The translations under genes were made by a program, and so were the position numbers. Shown here piece after piece: positions 9,400 to 18,795 of a stretch of 64,000 nt of DNA. Source of the stretch: Candidatus Moraniibacteriota bacterium (GTDB taxonomy: Bacteria > Patescibacteriota > Minisyncoccia > Moranbacterales > DUUL01). Below the pieces are notes generated by a model that searched no databases, was not told where the DNA came from, and saw only the letters and a program-made list of their open reading frames with translations. The first letter of the stretch is position 1. Each line of letters begins with the position of its first letter. The stretch lies in contig JBFHIG010000001.1 in the NCBI GenBank assembly GCA_041596615.1, positions 77,382 to 141,381 on the forward strand. Direction: 5' to 3'.

Positions 9400-9984
9400 T
9401 TTCTTGACAGTATGTTATATTAATTTCCAATTCACTCCGCCAGCTGGCGGATTCAATGAATTTTCAATTAATTAATTTTCAATTCAAAAAAATTTCAAAA
9501 CAAAACATAACCAATAAACCGGGCTAAAAGCCCGCTCCAGCGCGAATTTTCAATAAACTAATTTTCAATTTAAGAACACTCCGAAAGCATTGTCATTTCT
9601 GCGAAGGCAGGAATTCAGGCCTATGTTGTGTTTTGCAGTTTGAATTTCTGAATATTAAGAATTAACCTGGATCAATGCCTTTGCAGGGATGAAGCAAAAG
9701 AGCTAATCTCCAAGTCCCAATGGATTTTTGTGCTGGAGCGGATTTGTGACCCGGGCCCATATTTTGAATCAACATCATTTTGTTATTACCGTTTTTTAAG
9801 AGAAACGGCCTGAGTTACTCGCCTGAACCATTACGGGTAGGCAAACTCGGATTGATGCTATTTGATTGACTTATCATATTATTCTTGCTTATATTAAACT
9901 AGCTCTTTTAGATATTTCAAGGCAATAACGCCTTTGTTATTAATATAAAACCAAAATCTCAATCAACCACAGGAGGAAGGATAG
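9400..9984 (+). other. ~0.6-kb gene-free, structured island. It contains a dispersed-repeat hairpin (9519-9546), flanking AATTTTCAATT repeats and a second repeat module (9820-9851). Candidate ncRNA(s) of unknown identity
   Basis: No ORF of 60 aa or more. GC-rich hairpins sit in AT-rich DNA. The motifs are shared with 39875-39910, 50324-50375 and 30718-30732. Confidence 0.4.
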
Positions 9985-11127
9985 ATGAATAACAACAAAT
10001 ACAAACAGGATGGAGTAGACATTGAGGCAGGAGATGTTTTTTCTAGATATTGCAATGAAATAAACAAGAGCACATACGGCCTATCTCCCTATGTCAGGAT
10101 TGCAGATCTTTCCCGCGGAAACTTTAGGGGACCAAAAGGTTTCACTTTCGAAAATTTACCAGAAGGGTTTGTTCAAACTGCGGCAATGGATGGCATCGGT
10201 ACTAAAGTTGTTATTATAATCGCTTCAGGAAAAGTTGTGACCTCGGCCAGTAATGTGATCGCAATGACAGCTATGGATGTTACTCGTTGGGGCGGTCTTC
10301 CGTTACTTTTCATCAATATTTTTGATGCCAGAACTATTGGGGAAGTTGGTAGCGAAACGTTTGGCCTTTGTCAGGAAGTAATGGTTGGCCTCAAAGCTAT
10401 TGCTCACGAGCATAAATACGTCCTTTTTACAGGAGAAACTGCCGAGCTTGGTCTTTGTGTGGGTTCTGAAAACCCTAATGCAGAGTTGATGTTCAACTGG
10501 GGCGGGGCAATGATCGGAGTATATCATCCAGACAAGATGATATTAGGTGATACACTTGCTCCAGGCCAGGTCATTATCGCTTTGAGAGATGATTTCCGCA
10601 GTAATGGCATAAGCTCAGTTAGAAAAGCTTTGGCCATAAAGTACGGACCAAAATGGTGGGACAATCCCGAATCGCTTAAGGATGTAATTGCTTGTGCTTC
10701 ACCCTCCGCACAATACGATAGACTGCTCAACACAGCTCATGGGTGGTTTAATGATGACCCCTTACAGGCTCTGATCAAAATGCATGTGGGAGTGCATCTT
10801 TCAGGAGGTGCATTTGAGTCAAAACTGGGTGATGATATGCTCAAGCCACTGAATCTGTCGGCTGAGCTTGACGATTTGTTTGAGCCACCAGAAATAATGA
10901 AAAAATGTGCCCAGTGGAGAGGGATGAGTCCGCGAGAATGCTATAAGACTTGGAATGGTGGACAAGGTGCAATTGTGGTTGTCGATGAGAGCGAGGCAGA
11001 ATCATTTTTGGCTCTCGCGAAAGATTTCAAAATAGATGCCAAGCGAGTCGGCAGAATCACTGAAAGAGAGGAATACACTGTGCTCATCAAATCAAAGTTT
11101 GGCGATGAATCATTGTTGTCATATTGA
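9985..11127 (+). CDS. PurM-like protein (AIR synthase / PurM superfamily)
   Basis: The N-terminus YKQDGVDIEAGDVF and the motifs DGIGTKV and HLSGGAFESKL align with E. coli PurM. An AGGAGG ribosome-binding site lies 8 nt upstream. No other pur genes are adjacent. Confidence 0.6.
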   Translation: MNNNKYKQDGVDIEAGDVFSRYCNEINKSTYGLSPYVRIADLSRGNFRGPKGFTFENLPEGFVQTAAMDGIGTKVVIIIASGKVVTSASNVIAMTAMDVTRWGGLPLLFINIFDARTIGEVGSETFGLCQEVMVGLKAIAHEHKYVLFTGETAELGLCVGSENPNAELMFNWGGAMIGVYHPDKMILGDTLAPGQVIIALRDDFRSNGISSVRKALAIKYGPKWWDNPESLKDVIACASPSAQYDRLLNTAHGWFNDDPLQALIKMHVGVHLSGGAFESKLGDDMLKPLNLSAELDDLFEPPEIMKKCAQWRGMSPRECYKTWNGGQGAIVVVDESEAESFLALAKDFKIDAKRVGRITEREEYTVLIKSKFGDESLLSY

Positions 11128-11145
11128 TAATTTTGTTACAAACTC

Positions 11146-11185
11146 GCAGTAAGTGACTATTGGAATAATTCTGATAGTCACTTTT
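11146..11185 (+). terminator. Intrinsic terminator after the PurM-like gene
   Basis: AAGTGACTAT ... ATAGTCACTT stem followed by a T-run. Confidence 0.55.
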
Positions 11186-11294
11186 TTATTTTATAAACTC
11201 GGTCCCGACTTCCTCCAAAGCCCGGAGATTTTTTGTTTTTTTGCCTAAGTTTGTTAAGATAAATTTAAGTTTTTAATTTTTATTTACCCTACAA

Positions 11295-11891
11295 ATGACA
11301 AAATATATTTTAAATTCAGGTGGTGCTAAAAAGTATCCCAAAAAAGAATTGGCTTTTTTAAATGAAATTCTCGCTGGCTTTGATGGTGAAGTCAGGATTC
11401 TTTATTGTTTTTTCGCACAACCAAGAGAGAATTGGGAGGTAAAATTTGAAGGATATAGCAATAGATTTTCTTCTTTGACCGGTAAAGAAAATGAATTGAT
11501 ATTTGATTTAGCGTTTCCAGCAACTTTTGAAAAACAGGTAGAGAAAAATGATATTATCATTATTCAAGGAGGAGATGACTATTTATTGCGATTTTGGTTT
11601 GATCAATTTGATGTTGAAAAGATTTTCGAAGGAAAAGTTGTGGCTACGAGCTCCGCAGGCTCAAGTATTTTAGCAACCTCTTCCTGGACTTGTGATTGGA
11701 GAGACTGCTTGGATGGTCTTGGAATCTTGCCAATTAAATTTATCCCTCATTTCAAGGGAACCTATGGTGATGATGACCCAAGGGGTCCGATTGATTGGAA
11801 AAACGCGAAAAAAGAGTTGGAAGAACATGGAGATAAGTCACTTCCGATTCATGCGCCAGATGAAGGGGATTTCATTGTAATCGAAAAGTAA
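11295..11891 (+). CDS. Peptidase S51 (dipeptidase E / cyanophycinase-like) family protein
   Basis: N-terminal ILNSGG and the nucleophile motif ATSSAGSS (GxSAG-like), followed by conserved His/Glu-containing regions. Assignment is moderate. Confidence 0.45.
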   Translation: MTKYILNSGGAKKYPKKELAFLNEILAGFDGEVRILYCFFAQPRENWEVKFEGYSNRFSSLTGKENELIFDLAFPATFEKQVEKNDIIIIQGGDDYLLRFWFDQFDVEKIFEGKVVATSSAGSSILATSSWTCDWRDCLDGLGILPIKFIPHFKGTYGDDDPRGPIDWKNAKKELEEHGDKSLPIHAPDEGDFIVIEK

Positions 11892-11899
11892 CTCAAAAT

Positions 11900-12151
11900 A
11901 AACCACCCCATGCCTTCTCCTTAGGAGGGAGATGGCGACACAAGGCCTTTGGTTTTATTACTCATCTTAGTTCAAGGTGAGGTTAGGAGGGGTTAGGGTT
12001 CTTGGAGACTTAGAATTACGCAAACGTAGCAACCCACCCCAACCCTCCCTCAAGCTAAGGGAGGGGAAAGCTACACACTATCCCAATCGCCCGTCTCGTT
12101 TTGGCTTGTCAAGGAGGAATAAAATAAAAGGTACCTTTAAAGGTACCTTTT
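11900..12151 (+). other. GC-rich structured intergenic element ending in a 26-nt perfect palindrome (AAAAGGTACCTTTAAAGGTACCTTTT, 12126-12151). It is a paralogue of the element at ~30590-30792
   Basis: It contains the hairpin CCCTCCC...GGGAGGG and the block CGCCCGTCTCGTTTTGGCTTGTCAAGGAGGA, which resembles 30650-30690. The terminal 26-mer is identical at both loci. Confidence 0.4.
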
Positions 12152-12216
12152 CATTTCCTTGAAAAGAAACCATTTTCGGGTTAGACTCTAAGTTATTAAA
12201 TTTAAACTTCAGTTTT

Positions 12217-13494
12217 GTGAAAAAATTTGTTATAAAAACTTTAGGTTGCAAGGTTAATCAATATGATTCTTTGGCGCTAAGAAAATTACTTCTAAACGCT
12301 GGTTTTGAGCACTCTTTTCAAGATTCTGATGAAATTGAGCTTGCGATTGTAAATTCTTGTGCCGTGACCAAGACTTCAATCGCCAAGGGCAGAAGAATGT
12401 TCGCTGCAATAAAAAGAGAAAATCCGAATGCCAAAACAGTGCTTTTGGGTTGTTGGGCGAAAATATATCCCGAGGAAATGAAAAAAGCAAAAGCTGATTT
12501 GATTTGGGAAGTTGGTAGTCATGTTAAGCTTGTCGATGAGATCAAAGAACTTTTTGGAAGTTCTAAAAAGTTTCTTTTGGACAAGGAAGATAGGAAAATA
12601 AATACTTTGAAAATACTTCCTCCGGGGGAGGGTGAGAGGTCTCGTTATTTTTTGAAAATCCAGGATGGATGTGAACAATTTTGTTCCTACTGCATTATTC
12701 CATATTCCAGAGGCAAACTATCGTCTAGACCAAAAAAAGAGGTTCTGGATGAAATTAGGGTGGCTATAGGGGCTGGTTATAAGGAGGTTGTGCTGTGTGG
12801 AATTCACCTTGGGCTTTATGGAAAAGAAAAAGATTCCTCAACTTGTAATCTTAAGGATTTGTTAGCGGAAGTTATTAAGATAAAAGGTTTGGGCAGAGTA
12901 CGACTCAGTTCAATTGAGATAGATGATGTCAGCGATGAACTCTTAGCTCTTATAGCGAAGAGTGATAAAATCTGCCGACATTTGCATTTTCCATTGCAAG
13001 CCGGAAATGACAAGCTATTAGAAGCTATGAATCGGCCATACAGGACAAACTATTTTAAAAAAAGAGTAGAGAAGGCTAGGGAATTAATGCCCAATTTAGC
13101 AATAACCACAGATGTAATTGTTGGTTTTCCTGGAGAAAAATCAAAAGATTTTGAAGACACAGTAAATTTTTGTAAGGAGATTAATTTTAGCAAAATACAT
13201 GTTTTTCAGTTTTCTGCTCATGAAAAAACCCCAGCATTTAAAATGAAAGATCAGGTGGAAAATGGAGATAAAAAGAAACGGGCTCAAAAACTCAGAAATG
13301 TTTCAGTTAGGTTGGAGAATGAATATCTGAATAAATTTATAGGACAAGAACTCTTAGTTGTAATTGAGGGAGGTAGAAAAAATCAAGTCATAGGAAAGAC
13401 CCAGTTTCATTTTGATATAGTTAAAGAAAAGAATCTTTTAGAAAAATCAAACTACCCAAAAGTTGGGCAGTTTAGTAGGTTGATAAAATCATAG
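12217..13494 (+). CDS. Radical-SAM methylthiotransferase of the MiaB/MtaB/RimO family (MtaB-like)
   Basis: GTG start. N-terminal MTTase domain TLGCKVNQYDS ... NSCAVT, radical-SAM motif CEQFCSYCIIPYSRG, and a C-terminal TRAM-like region. Confidence 0.8.
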   Translation: MKKFVIKTLGCKVNQYDSLALRKLLLNAGFEHSFQDSDEIELAIVNSCAVTKTSIAKGRRMFAAIKRENPNAKTVLLGCWAKIYPEEMKKAKADLIWEVGSHVKLVDEIKELFGSSKKFLLDKEDRKINTLKILPPGEGERSRYFLKIQDGCEQFCSYCIIPYSRGKLSSRPKKEVLDEIRVAIGAGYKEVVLCGIHLGLYGKEKDSSTCNLKDLLAEVIKIKGLGRVRLSSIEIDDVSDELLALIAKSDKICRHLHFPLQAGNDKLLEAMNRPYRTNYFKKRVEKARELMPNLAITTDVIVGFPGEKSKDFEDTVNFCKEINFSKIHVFQFSAHEKTPAFKMKDQVENGDKKKRAQKLRNVSVRLENEYLNKFIGQELLVVIEGGRKNQVIGKTQFHFDIVKEKNLLEKSNYPKVGQFSRLIKS

Positions 13495-13505
13495 AAGAAA
13501 TATAA

Positions 13506-14114
13506 TCAAAAAGTCAAAAGAAGTGGAGTGATAAAAGTCTCTATTATTGAGGCAACAAGTAATAATGGCGTAACTACAAAAAGCATTATTTTGAGCGCAA
13601 AGAAGAGGTCTTGTTTGAATTTTCTTCGTGGTTTTTTGAAAAATAGCAAAAACTGTTTAGAAAGATAGAGGGACAAGGAAGTCGCGATTAGAAATGCTGG
13701 TATTTCAAAAATTCCATGAGGGATAATAGCAAGAAAAACCTCACTGGCGCTGAGTTTGGTGATTGAATAAGCGACTATAACTCCGACAGCCAATCCATTG
13801 GATGAAAGTGTTAAAATCGGAGCAATCCCCAAAAGAAAAAAAAGGGCCACAACCATAAGAGAGATGGAAAGGTTGTGAATGAAAATATAGAACCACAAAG
13901 TCGAGCTACTTTTTTCCGATAACCCAACGAAATTTTCAGCCATTTGAGCAACAAACTCCTCGGTCCAATCGATATTTGATTGTGCAACAAAGAACCCAAT
14001 TCCAAGAGTGACAAAGAATAGCAAAAAAACAAAAATAAATTTCCCAAACAAAACTTTCATCGAAAAGAGTAGTTTTTTGTAGGACTCGAAGGTTTTGGTT
14101 GCCGATAGCTTCAT
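13506..14114 (-). CDS. SpoIIM/DUF95-family integral membrane protein
   Basis: Multi-TM protein with the HGIFEIPAFLIATSLSL motif characteristic of the 'stage II sporulation protein M'/DUF95 family. Confidence 0.55.
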   Translation of the reverse strand: MKLSATKTFESYKKLLFSMKVLFGKFIFVFLLFFVTLGIGFFVAQSNIDWTEEFVAQMAENFVGLSEKSSSTLWFYIFIHNLSISLMVVALFFLLGIAPILTLSSNGLAVGVIVAYSITKLSASEVFLAIIPHGIFEIPAFLIATSLSLYLSKQFLLFFKKPRRKFKQDLFFALKIMLFVVTPLLLVASIIETFITPLLLTF

Positions 14115-14346
14115 TTTTTACTTTATTATTTCCTTATTGCCAACTTACTAGATTCTTTTATTGTAGTATAGTTTGACTTTAGTCACAAACACCCCGGCTT
14201 CTTTTTTGGCTTAATCGGGTTTTTATTTAGATTTCTTTTGTGGTATAGTGTTTATAATGTTTGGAAAAAAGACGAATATTTTATGCGAACAAAAAACTTG
14301 CATAAAAACAAATTAGGTAAAATTCGGCTATTAACATAAAAAACTA

Positions 14347-14667
14347 ATGCTTATAAAAAAACAGGAAACAAATCAAAAAATAGTTGGTCCAATGAAAATC
14401 AACGAATATAAAATAAATCCCAACTTTAGTGGAGCTCTAATCGAAATCGATGGAGATCACGGCAAACTGAAATGTGTAAATGAAGATAGAGTCTATTTCA
14501 TCATCGACGGTACTGGTAAATTTGTGATTGAAGAAAAGGTTCTGGAGATAGAAGCAAATGACGTTGTTTTTGTTCCGAAGAATACGGTCTATAACTTCAT
14601 CGGTAAATTCAAGTTTTTCTTGATTTGTTCCCCAGAGTTCAATCCTGATGATGACGTATTTATATAA
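14347..14667 (+). CDS. Cupin-domain protein
   Basis: Small beta-barrel pattern (VYFIIDGTGKFVI ... DVVFVPKNTVYNF). Confidence 0.45.
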   Translation: MLIKKQETNQKIVGPMKINEYKINPNFSGALIEIDGDHGKLKCVNEDRVYFIIDGTGKFVIEEKVLEIEANDVVFVPKNTVYNFIGKFKFFLICSPEFNPDDDVFI

Positions 14668-14800
14668 TCCCGCCTAGTTAAAATTACAAACGATTTCATC
14701 TTATATAAATATATTCGATAATTTCTTTCCCATATATTGTATTTCTGTTATAATTTTAATACATATTCTGCTAAAATAAAAATAAAAAAATACTAAAAAA

Positions 14801-15241
14801 ATGAATAGGACTGTAAAAAATAAACTCTCCAAAAAAGAATTAGATTTGATTAAGGAAAGAAGAGTCTATGGTAGGGGCTATGCAAAAAGAACTATGAGTC
14901 AAAAATTTGCAGATATGGCATCCAATACGTTGGGAAGTTGGTATTATATTTTTTTTCAAACATTCTTCATTATCATTTGGATAGCCCTTAATATAGCGGG
15001 GTGGGTTTATAAATGGGATGCATATCCTTTTATTTTTTTGAATCTTACCCTTAGTGTGATGGCTGCTTATACAGCTCCTATAATCTTGATGAGTCAGAAC
15101 AGAGAGGCTGATCGTGATAGAAAAAGAGCAATTATAGATTTAGCAACAGACAGAAGTTCCGAGAGAAAAATAAAAGAAGTGCAAAAAATACTTGTCCGCT
15201 TGGAAAGAAAAGTCAACACCATACTCAAGGCAGATAAATAA
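14801..15241 (+). CDS. DUF1003 membrane protein
   Basis: YPFIFLNLTLSVMAAYTAPIILMSQNRE matches the DUF1003 core, flanked by TM helices. Confidence 0.7.
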   Translation: MNRTVKNKLSKKELDLIKERRVYGRGYAKRTMSQKFADMASNTLGSWYYIFFQTFFIIIWIALNIAGWVYKWDAYPFIFLNLTLSVMAAYTAPIILMSQNREADRDRKRAIIDLATDRSSERKIKEVQKILVRLERKVNTILKADK

Positions 15242-15331
15242 AGATTAAGAGTTGACAATTGCAGTATAGTTGGTAGAATTTTAGCAGTCGAGAAGGTAGT
15301 TTGCTAGATAAACAAATAAAAGTGAAAAAAT

Positions 15332-15613
15332 ATGAAAAAAATAACGCCAATTGGTAGTAATGTTGTAGTTAAGTTGCCAAAAGTTGAGGAAATTAGTAAA
15401 GGAGGAATTGTTCTCCCAGAAACAGCCTCAAAGGAGAAATCACAAGTTGGGATAGTTGTCGCAGTTGGTGAAAGTGAGAAAATAAATGAGCAAATCAAGA
15501 AAGGTATTTCAGTTCTTTATGAAAAATACAGCGGAACTGAAATTGAAATCGATGGCGAAAAGTTTGTGATTTTGGATGCAGCTAAGAATATGATTCTAGG
15601 AATTGTTGAGTAG
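15332..15613 (+). CDS. groES: Co-chaperonin GroES
   Basis: 93 aa: IKPLGSNVVVK-like N-terminus, mobile loop GGIVLPETA, and a ...VLYEKYSGTEIEIDGEKFVIL C-terminus. Confidence 0.85.
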   Translation: MKKITPIGSNVVVKLPKVEEISKGGIVLPETASKEKSQVGIVVAVGESEKINEQIKKGISVLYEKYSGTEIEIDGEKFVILDAAKNMILGIVE

Positions 15614-15748
15614 TTCATGTAAATAGAATTTTTTGAAAAATTCAAAAAGAGGCTCGTAACTTTTGTTGCGAGTTTTTTATTTGCCACAAAGTAAGAAATA
15701 TCGTAAAATATAAGTAAGTCTAAAATAAGAACTCCATAAAAACAAAAA

Positions 15749-16813
15749 ATGAAAACAAAAAAAGCGATAGCAATTGTCTTTGCCTTCTGTTTGCCAGTTA
15801 TTTTTTCTGGCTGCGGAATTCAACAAAAAGCTCCAGACACAAGAGGTGGAGTTTACAGAAGTGATAATGCGGCTTTGAATTTTGAGCAAAAAGCAAACTT
15901 AGCAGGAGGCGGAACGTTGGGTACTGCAAATATTTTATCCTTCACCATGGACCCAAGAAATTCAAAAGTTCTATATATCGGGACACCAGGTGGAATTTAT
16001 CGAAGTGAGGATCAGGGAGAAAATTGGGTGAAAGATTCTAATAATTTTCAAAACGTCAGAGATGTTGAAATAAACCCAAACGATACCAATGAAATATATG
16101 TTCCTGCAACAGTAAATGGGGTTGGGAAGATAATGAAAACTGTTAACGGGGGGAAAGATTGGGAAGAAGTTTTTACGCAAAGAACGCAAGAGGGCTCAGT
16201 TTTTAATATTGCACTAAACCCAAGAAGGCCACAGGAGTTATTCGCTGGGGATTCTGGAGGAGCTTTATACAAAACATCTGATGCGGGTGCAACATGGAAA
16301 ACTGTTCTTTGGGAAAAAAGCGGGATTAATTTAATTAAATTTGATAGTGTTAATACAGATAAATTATATTTTGTAACAACAACGACAGGAGCAAAAAGAT
16401 CAGATGACGGAGGAGCAACTTTCAGTCCTATATCAAGCAAAGGAACAATTTATAATTTAATTCCACATCCATATAAAGAAGGGGTTGTTTTTCTAAGTGA
16501 TAACAATGGTTTGCACAGGAGTGTTGATGGAGGAGCAACATTAGAAGCAATCAATACCTTGGTGCGCCCAGAGGCAATTTCTTCAAAGGGGATTGCAATT
16601 GATCCTAGAAATGATAAAATAATATACTTCGTATCAGGAGGTGCAATTTATAAAACTGAAAATAGCGGAGAAAGCTGGAAACCCATCCAATTTTCAGTCC
16701 CCTCGAGGAAGATTGAAATGATCATAGTGGATCCAGATGATACCAATAAAATCTATATTGGAACGAAACAACTGACTCAAAACAGTGGCTTAGGCGGGCT
16801 GTTTCCATTCTAA
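15749..16813 (+). CDS. Lipoprotein with six BNR/Asp-box repeats (sialidase / Ycf48-like beta-propeller)
   Basis: Lipobox FSGC at the signal peptide. Repeated SxDxGxTW-type motifs (RSEDQGENW, NGGKDW, SDAGATW, SDDGGATF, SVDGGATL, ENSGESW). Confidence 0.6.
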   Translation: MKTKKAIAIVFAFCLPVIFSGCGIQQKAPDTRGGVYRSDNAALNFEQKANLAGGGTLGTANILSFTMDPRNSKVLYIGTPGGIYRSEDQGENWVKDSNNFQNVRDVEINPNDTNEIYVPATVNGVGKIMKTVNGGKDWEEVFTQRTQEGSVFNIALNPRRPQELFAGDSGGALYKTSDAGATWKTVLWEKSGINLIKFDSVNTDKLYFVTTTTGAKRSDDGGATFSPISSKGTIYNLIPHPYKEGVVFLSDNNGLHRSVDGGATLEAINTLVRPEAISSKGIAIDPRNDKIIYFVSGGAIYKTENSGESWKPIQFSVPSRKIEMIIVDPDDTNKIYIGTKQLTQNSGLGGLFPF

Positions 16814-16839
16814 GAAAACCTAAATATTAAAAGAAGATA

Positions 16840-17397
16840 ATGAATAACGAAACTTTAGAGAAAGCGAAAGAGAACTTCAAAGAGATTATTGATTTTTTTA
16901 AAGATGATTTAAAGACGGTTAGAACAGGTAGGGCAAACGTGAGATTGGTAGACAATCTAGAGATTGAATATTTTGGAGCAAAAACTCCTTTACAACAAGC
17001 AGCTTCAGTTACTACTTCTGATGCGCGTACTATAATTATTTCACCTTGGAGCAAGGACAGTCTTGTTGATATTGAGAAGGCGATTAGAGAGTCTGATCTA
17101 AACATCAACCCAACAAACGACGGGAATGTTATTAGATTGTCATTTCCGGCTTTGACTGAGGAACGAAGAATCGACCTGGTCAAAATCGTTGGCAAAAAGA
17201 CTGAAGATGCAAGAATTAAAGTCAGAAAAGTCCGCGAAGAGGCCTGGGACAAGATTCAAAAAATGGAAAAAGATGGAGAAATAGCCGAGGATGAAAAGTT
17301 TATTCAAAAAGAGCGCCTTCAATCGATTGTGGATGAACAAAATAAGTTAATAGAGAAAATTTCAAAAGAAAAAGAAGTCGAAGTTATGCAGGTTTAG
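16840..17397 (+). CDS. frr: Ribosome recycling factor
   Basis: 185 aa with typical RRF sequence throughout (VRTGRANV ... ISPWSK ... NDG ... R). Confidence 0.9.
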   Translation: MNNETLEKAKENFKEIIDFFKDDLKTVRTGRANVRLVDNLEIEYFGAKTPLQQAASVTTSDARTIIISPWSKDSLVDIEKAIRESDLNINPTNDGNVIRLSFPALTEERRIDLVKIVGKKTEDARIKVRKVREEAWDKIQKMEKDGEIAEDEKFIQKERLQSIVDEQNKLIEKISKEKEVEVMQV

Positions 17398-17474
17398 AGC
17401 TGTTGTTGCTCGATACGAGAGCACCTTTGGGGTATTTTGGAATTAGATAAAAAATTTAAAAGAAAGAAAAATAA

Positions 17475-18653
17475 ATGATAGCAGTTATAGTTTTTATAGT
17501 AATTCTTGGAACACTTGTTTTTGTTCATGAAGCAGGTCATTTTTTCGTCGCCAGAAAAAATGGGATTGCCTGTGAAGAATTTGGACTCGGATTCCCCCCG
17601 AGAGTCGCTGGTTTTTATAGAGATAAAGAGGGAAAGTTGAGATGGGTTTGGGGTGGCAAGGAAGTCACCAAGGATGTAAAAGGCAAGGACAAAACACTTT
17701 ATTCTTTGAATTTGATACCCATTGGAGGCTTTGTAAAAATTAAAGGAGAGGACGGGGAAGATAAAGATGCTAAAGACTCATTCGCGAGTCAAACAATTTT
17801 TGTTAGGTTTAAAGTTCTTTTTGCTGGTGTAGCGATGAACTTTATTATTGGAGCACTTTTTTTTGGTTTTGCTTTTTGGTTGGGATTGCCAGAGGCTATT
17901 AGCGATGAAGACACGGCCACAAACGCAAAAGTTCAGATTACTGCTGTGGCAAAAAATACTCCAGCCTCAGAAGCAAAACTTAAAGCGGGAGATGTTATAT
18001 TTGCTGTTGTGGATAACGACAAGGAAATAAAGATATCAAAAGTTTCCGATTTAAGGCTCGCAACAGAAGGGAAGGAAGGTCAAGAAGTGGATATACAAGT
18101 AATTCATCCTGGTGATGAAAATGTTTCGCTAGTTTCAGTTTTAGTTAGAAATAAAGACGACATCCCTGAAGGTCAAGGAGCAATAGGTGTTGAATTGATA
18201 AGAACTCAGTTCGCAAAATATGGATTTTTTGAGTCAATGTGGATGGGCGTTGAAACAACAGGAAGAATTGTTGTTGCGATTTTTCAATTTCTTGGTGACT
18301 TAATTGTGAGGCTGGTTACCCCGAAACCAATGACCTCTGAAGTTGCTGGTCCTATAGGGATTGCCGTTATGACAGGACAAGTAGCTAAGATGGGATTGGC
18401 ATTTATTTTGCAATTTGCAGCAATGCTTTCTGTGAATTTAGCAGTTATAAATCTTTTGCCACTCCCAGCGCTGGATGGTGGAAGAATAATTTTTCTTTTA
18501 ATCGAAAAGTTGAAAGGAAGACCTGTTAGTGAAAAATTCGAAGGAATGGTGCATACCATAGGTTTTATTTTTCTTATGTCTATGATGGTTTTAATAACAA
18601 TAAAAGACTTTAAAACTTTTGAGATTCTGCAGAAAATAAAAGATCTGTTCTAA
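17475..18653 (+). CDS. rseP: Site-2 protease RseP (M50 zinc metalloprotease with PDZ domain)
   Basis: HEAGHFFVA HExxH motif, a central PDZ domain, and C-terminal LNLLPLPALDGGRI. Confidence 0.85.
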   Translation: MIAVIVFIVILGTLVFVHEAGHFFVARKNGIACEEFGLGFPPRVAGFYRDKEGKLRWVWGGKEVTKDVKGKDKTLYSLNLIPIGGFVKIKGEDGEDKDAKDSFASQTIFVRFKVLFAGVAMNFIIGALFFGFAFWLGLPEAISDEDTATNAKVQITAVAKNTPASEAKLKAGDVIFAVVDNDKEIKISKVSDLRLATEGKEGQEVDIQVIHPGDENVSLVSVLVRNKDDIPEGQGAIGVELIRTQFAKYGFFESMWMGVETTGRIVVAIFQFLGDLIVRLVTPKPMTSEVAGPIGIAVMTGQVAKMGLAFILQFAAMLSVNLAVINLLPLPALDGGRIIFLLIEKLKGRPVSEKFEGMVHTIGFIFLMSMMVLITIKDFKTFEILQKIKDLF

Positions 18654-18675
18654 TTTGAATTTCGTTGCTTTGACA

Positions 18676-18720
18676 CACCCCAATTTATCCGTTAAGATAG
18701 GGATAAATTGGGGTGTTTTG
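18676..18720 (+). terminator. Strong intrinsic terminator after rseP
   Basis: Perfect ~16-bp stem (CACCCCAATTTATCC / GGATAAATTGGGGTG) followed by TTTT. Confidence 0.65.
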
Positions 18721-18795
18721 TCGTCTTTGGTTTTTTATAAAGAAAAAGCACTTAAAGAAAGTTGATTTTAAGAAGAGATAAATAAATATAATTCA

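Noticed and set aside
9500-9860. Possible RNase P RNA (P4-like CCGGGC / CCCGG strings, GGCAAACUCGG resembling the CR-III GGUAAACCCC)
   Set aside because: The universally conserved P4 sequence AGGAAAGUCCGGGCUCC and the ACAGNANCCGGCUUA 3' strand are absent. The candidate pieces are in the wrong order for a type A or type B fold. An Infernal scan is needed before any such call.
9838-9870. tmRNA-like tag reading frame starting at GCAAAC (as in E. coli GCA AAC GAC...)
   Set aside because: The frame terminates after 4 codons in both copies (9841 and 30721), with no ...ALAA-type tag. No tRNA-like acceptor/T-arm domain is nearby.
11977-12162. 61-aa ORF inside the GC-rich element
   Set aside because: The translation is Arg/Pro/Gly-rich and produced by GC-rich hairpin DNA. 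The ORF spans the palindromic terminator.
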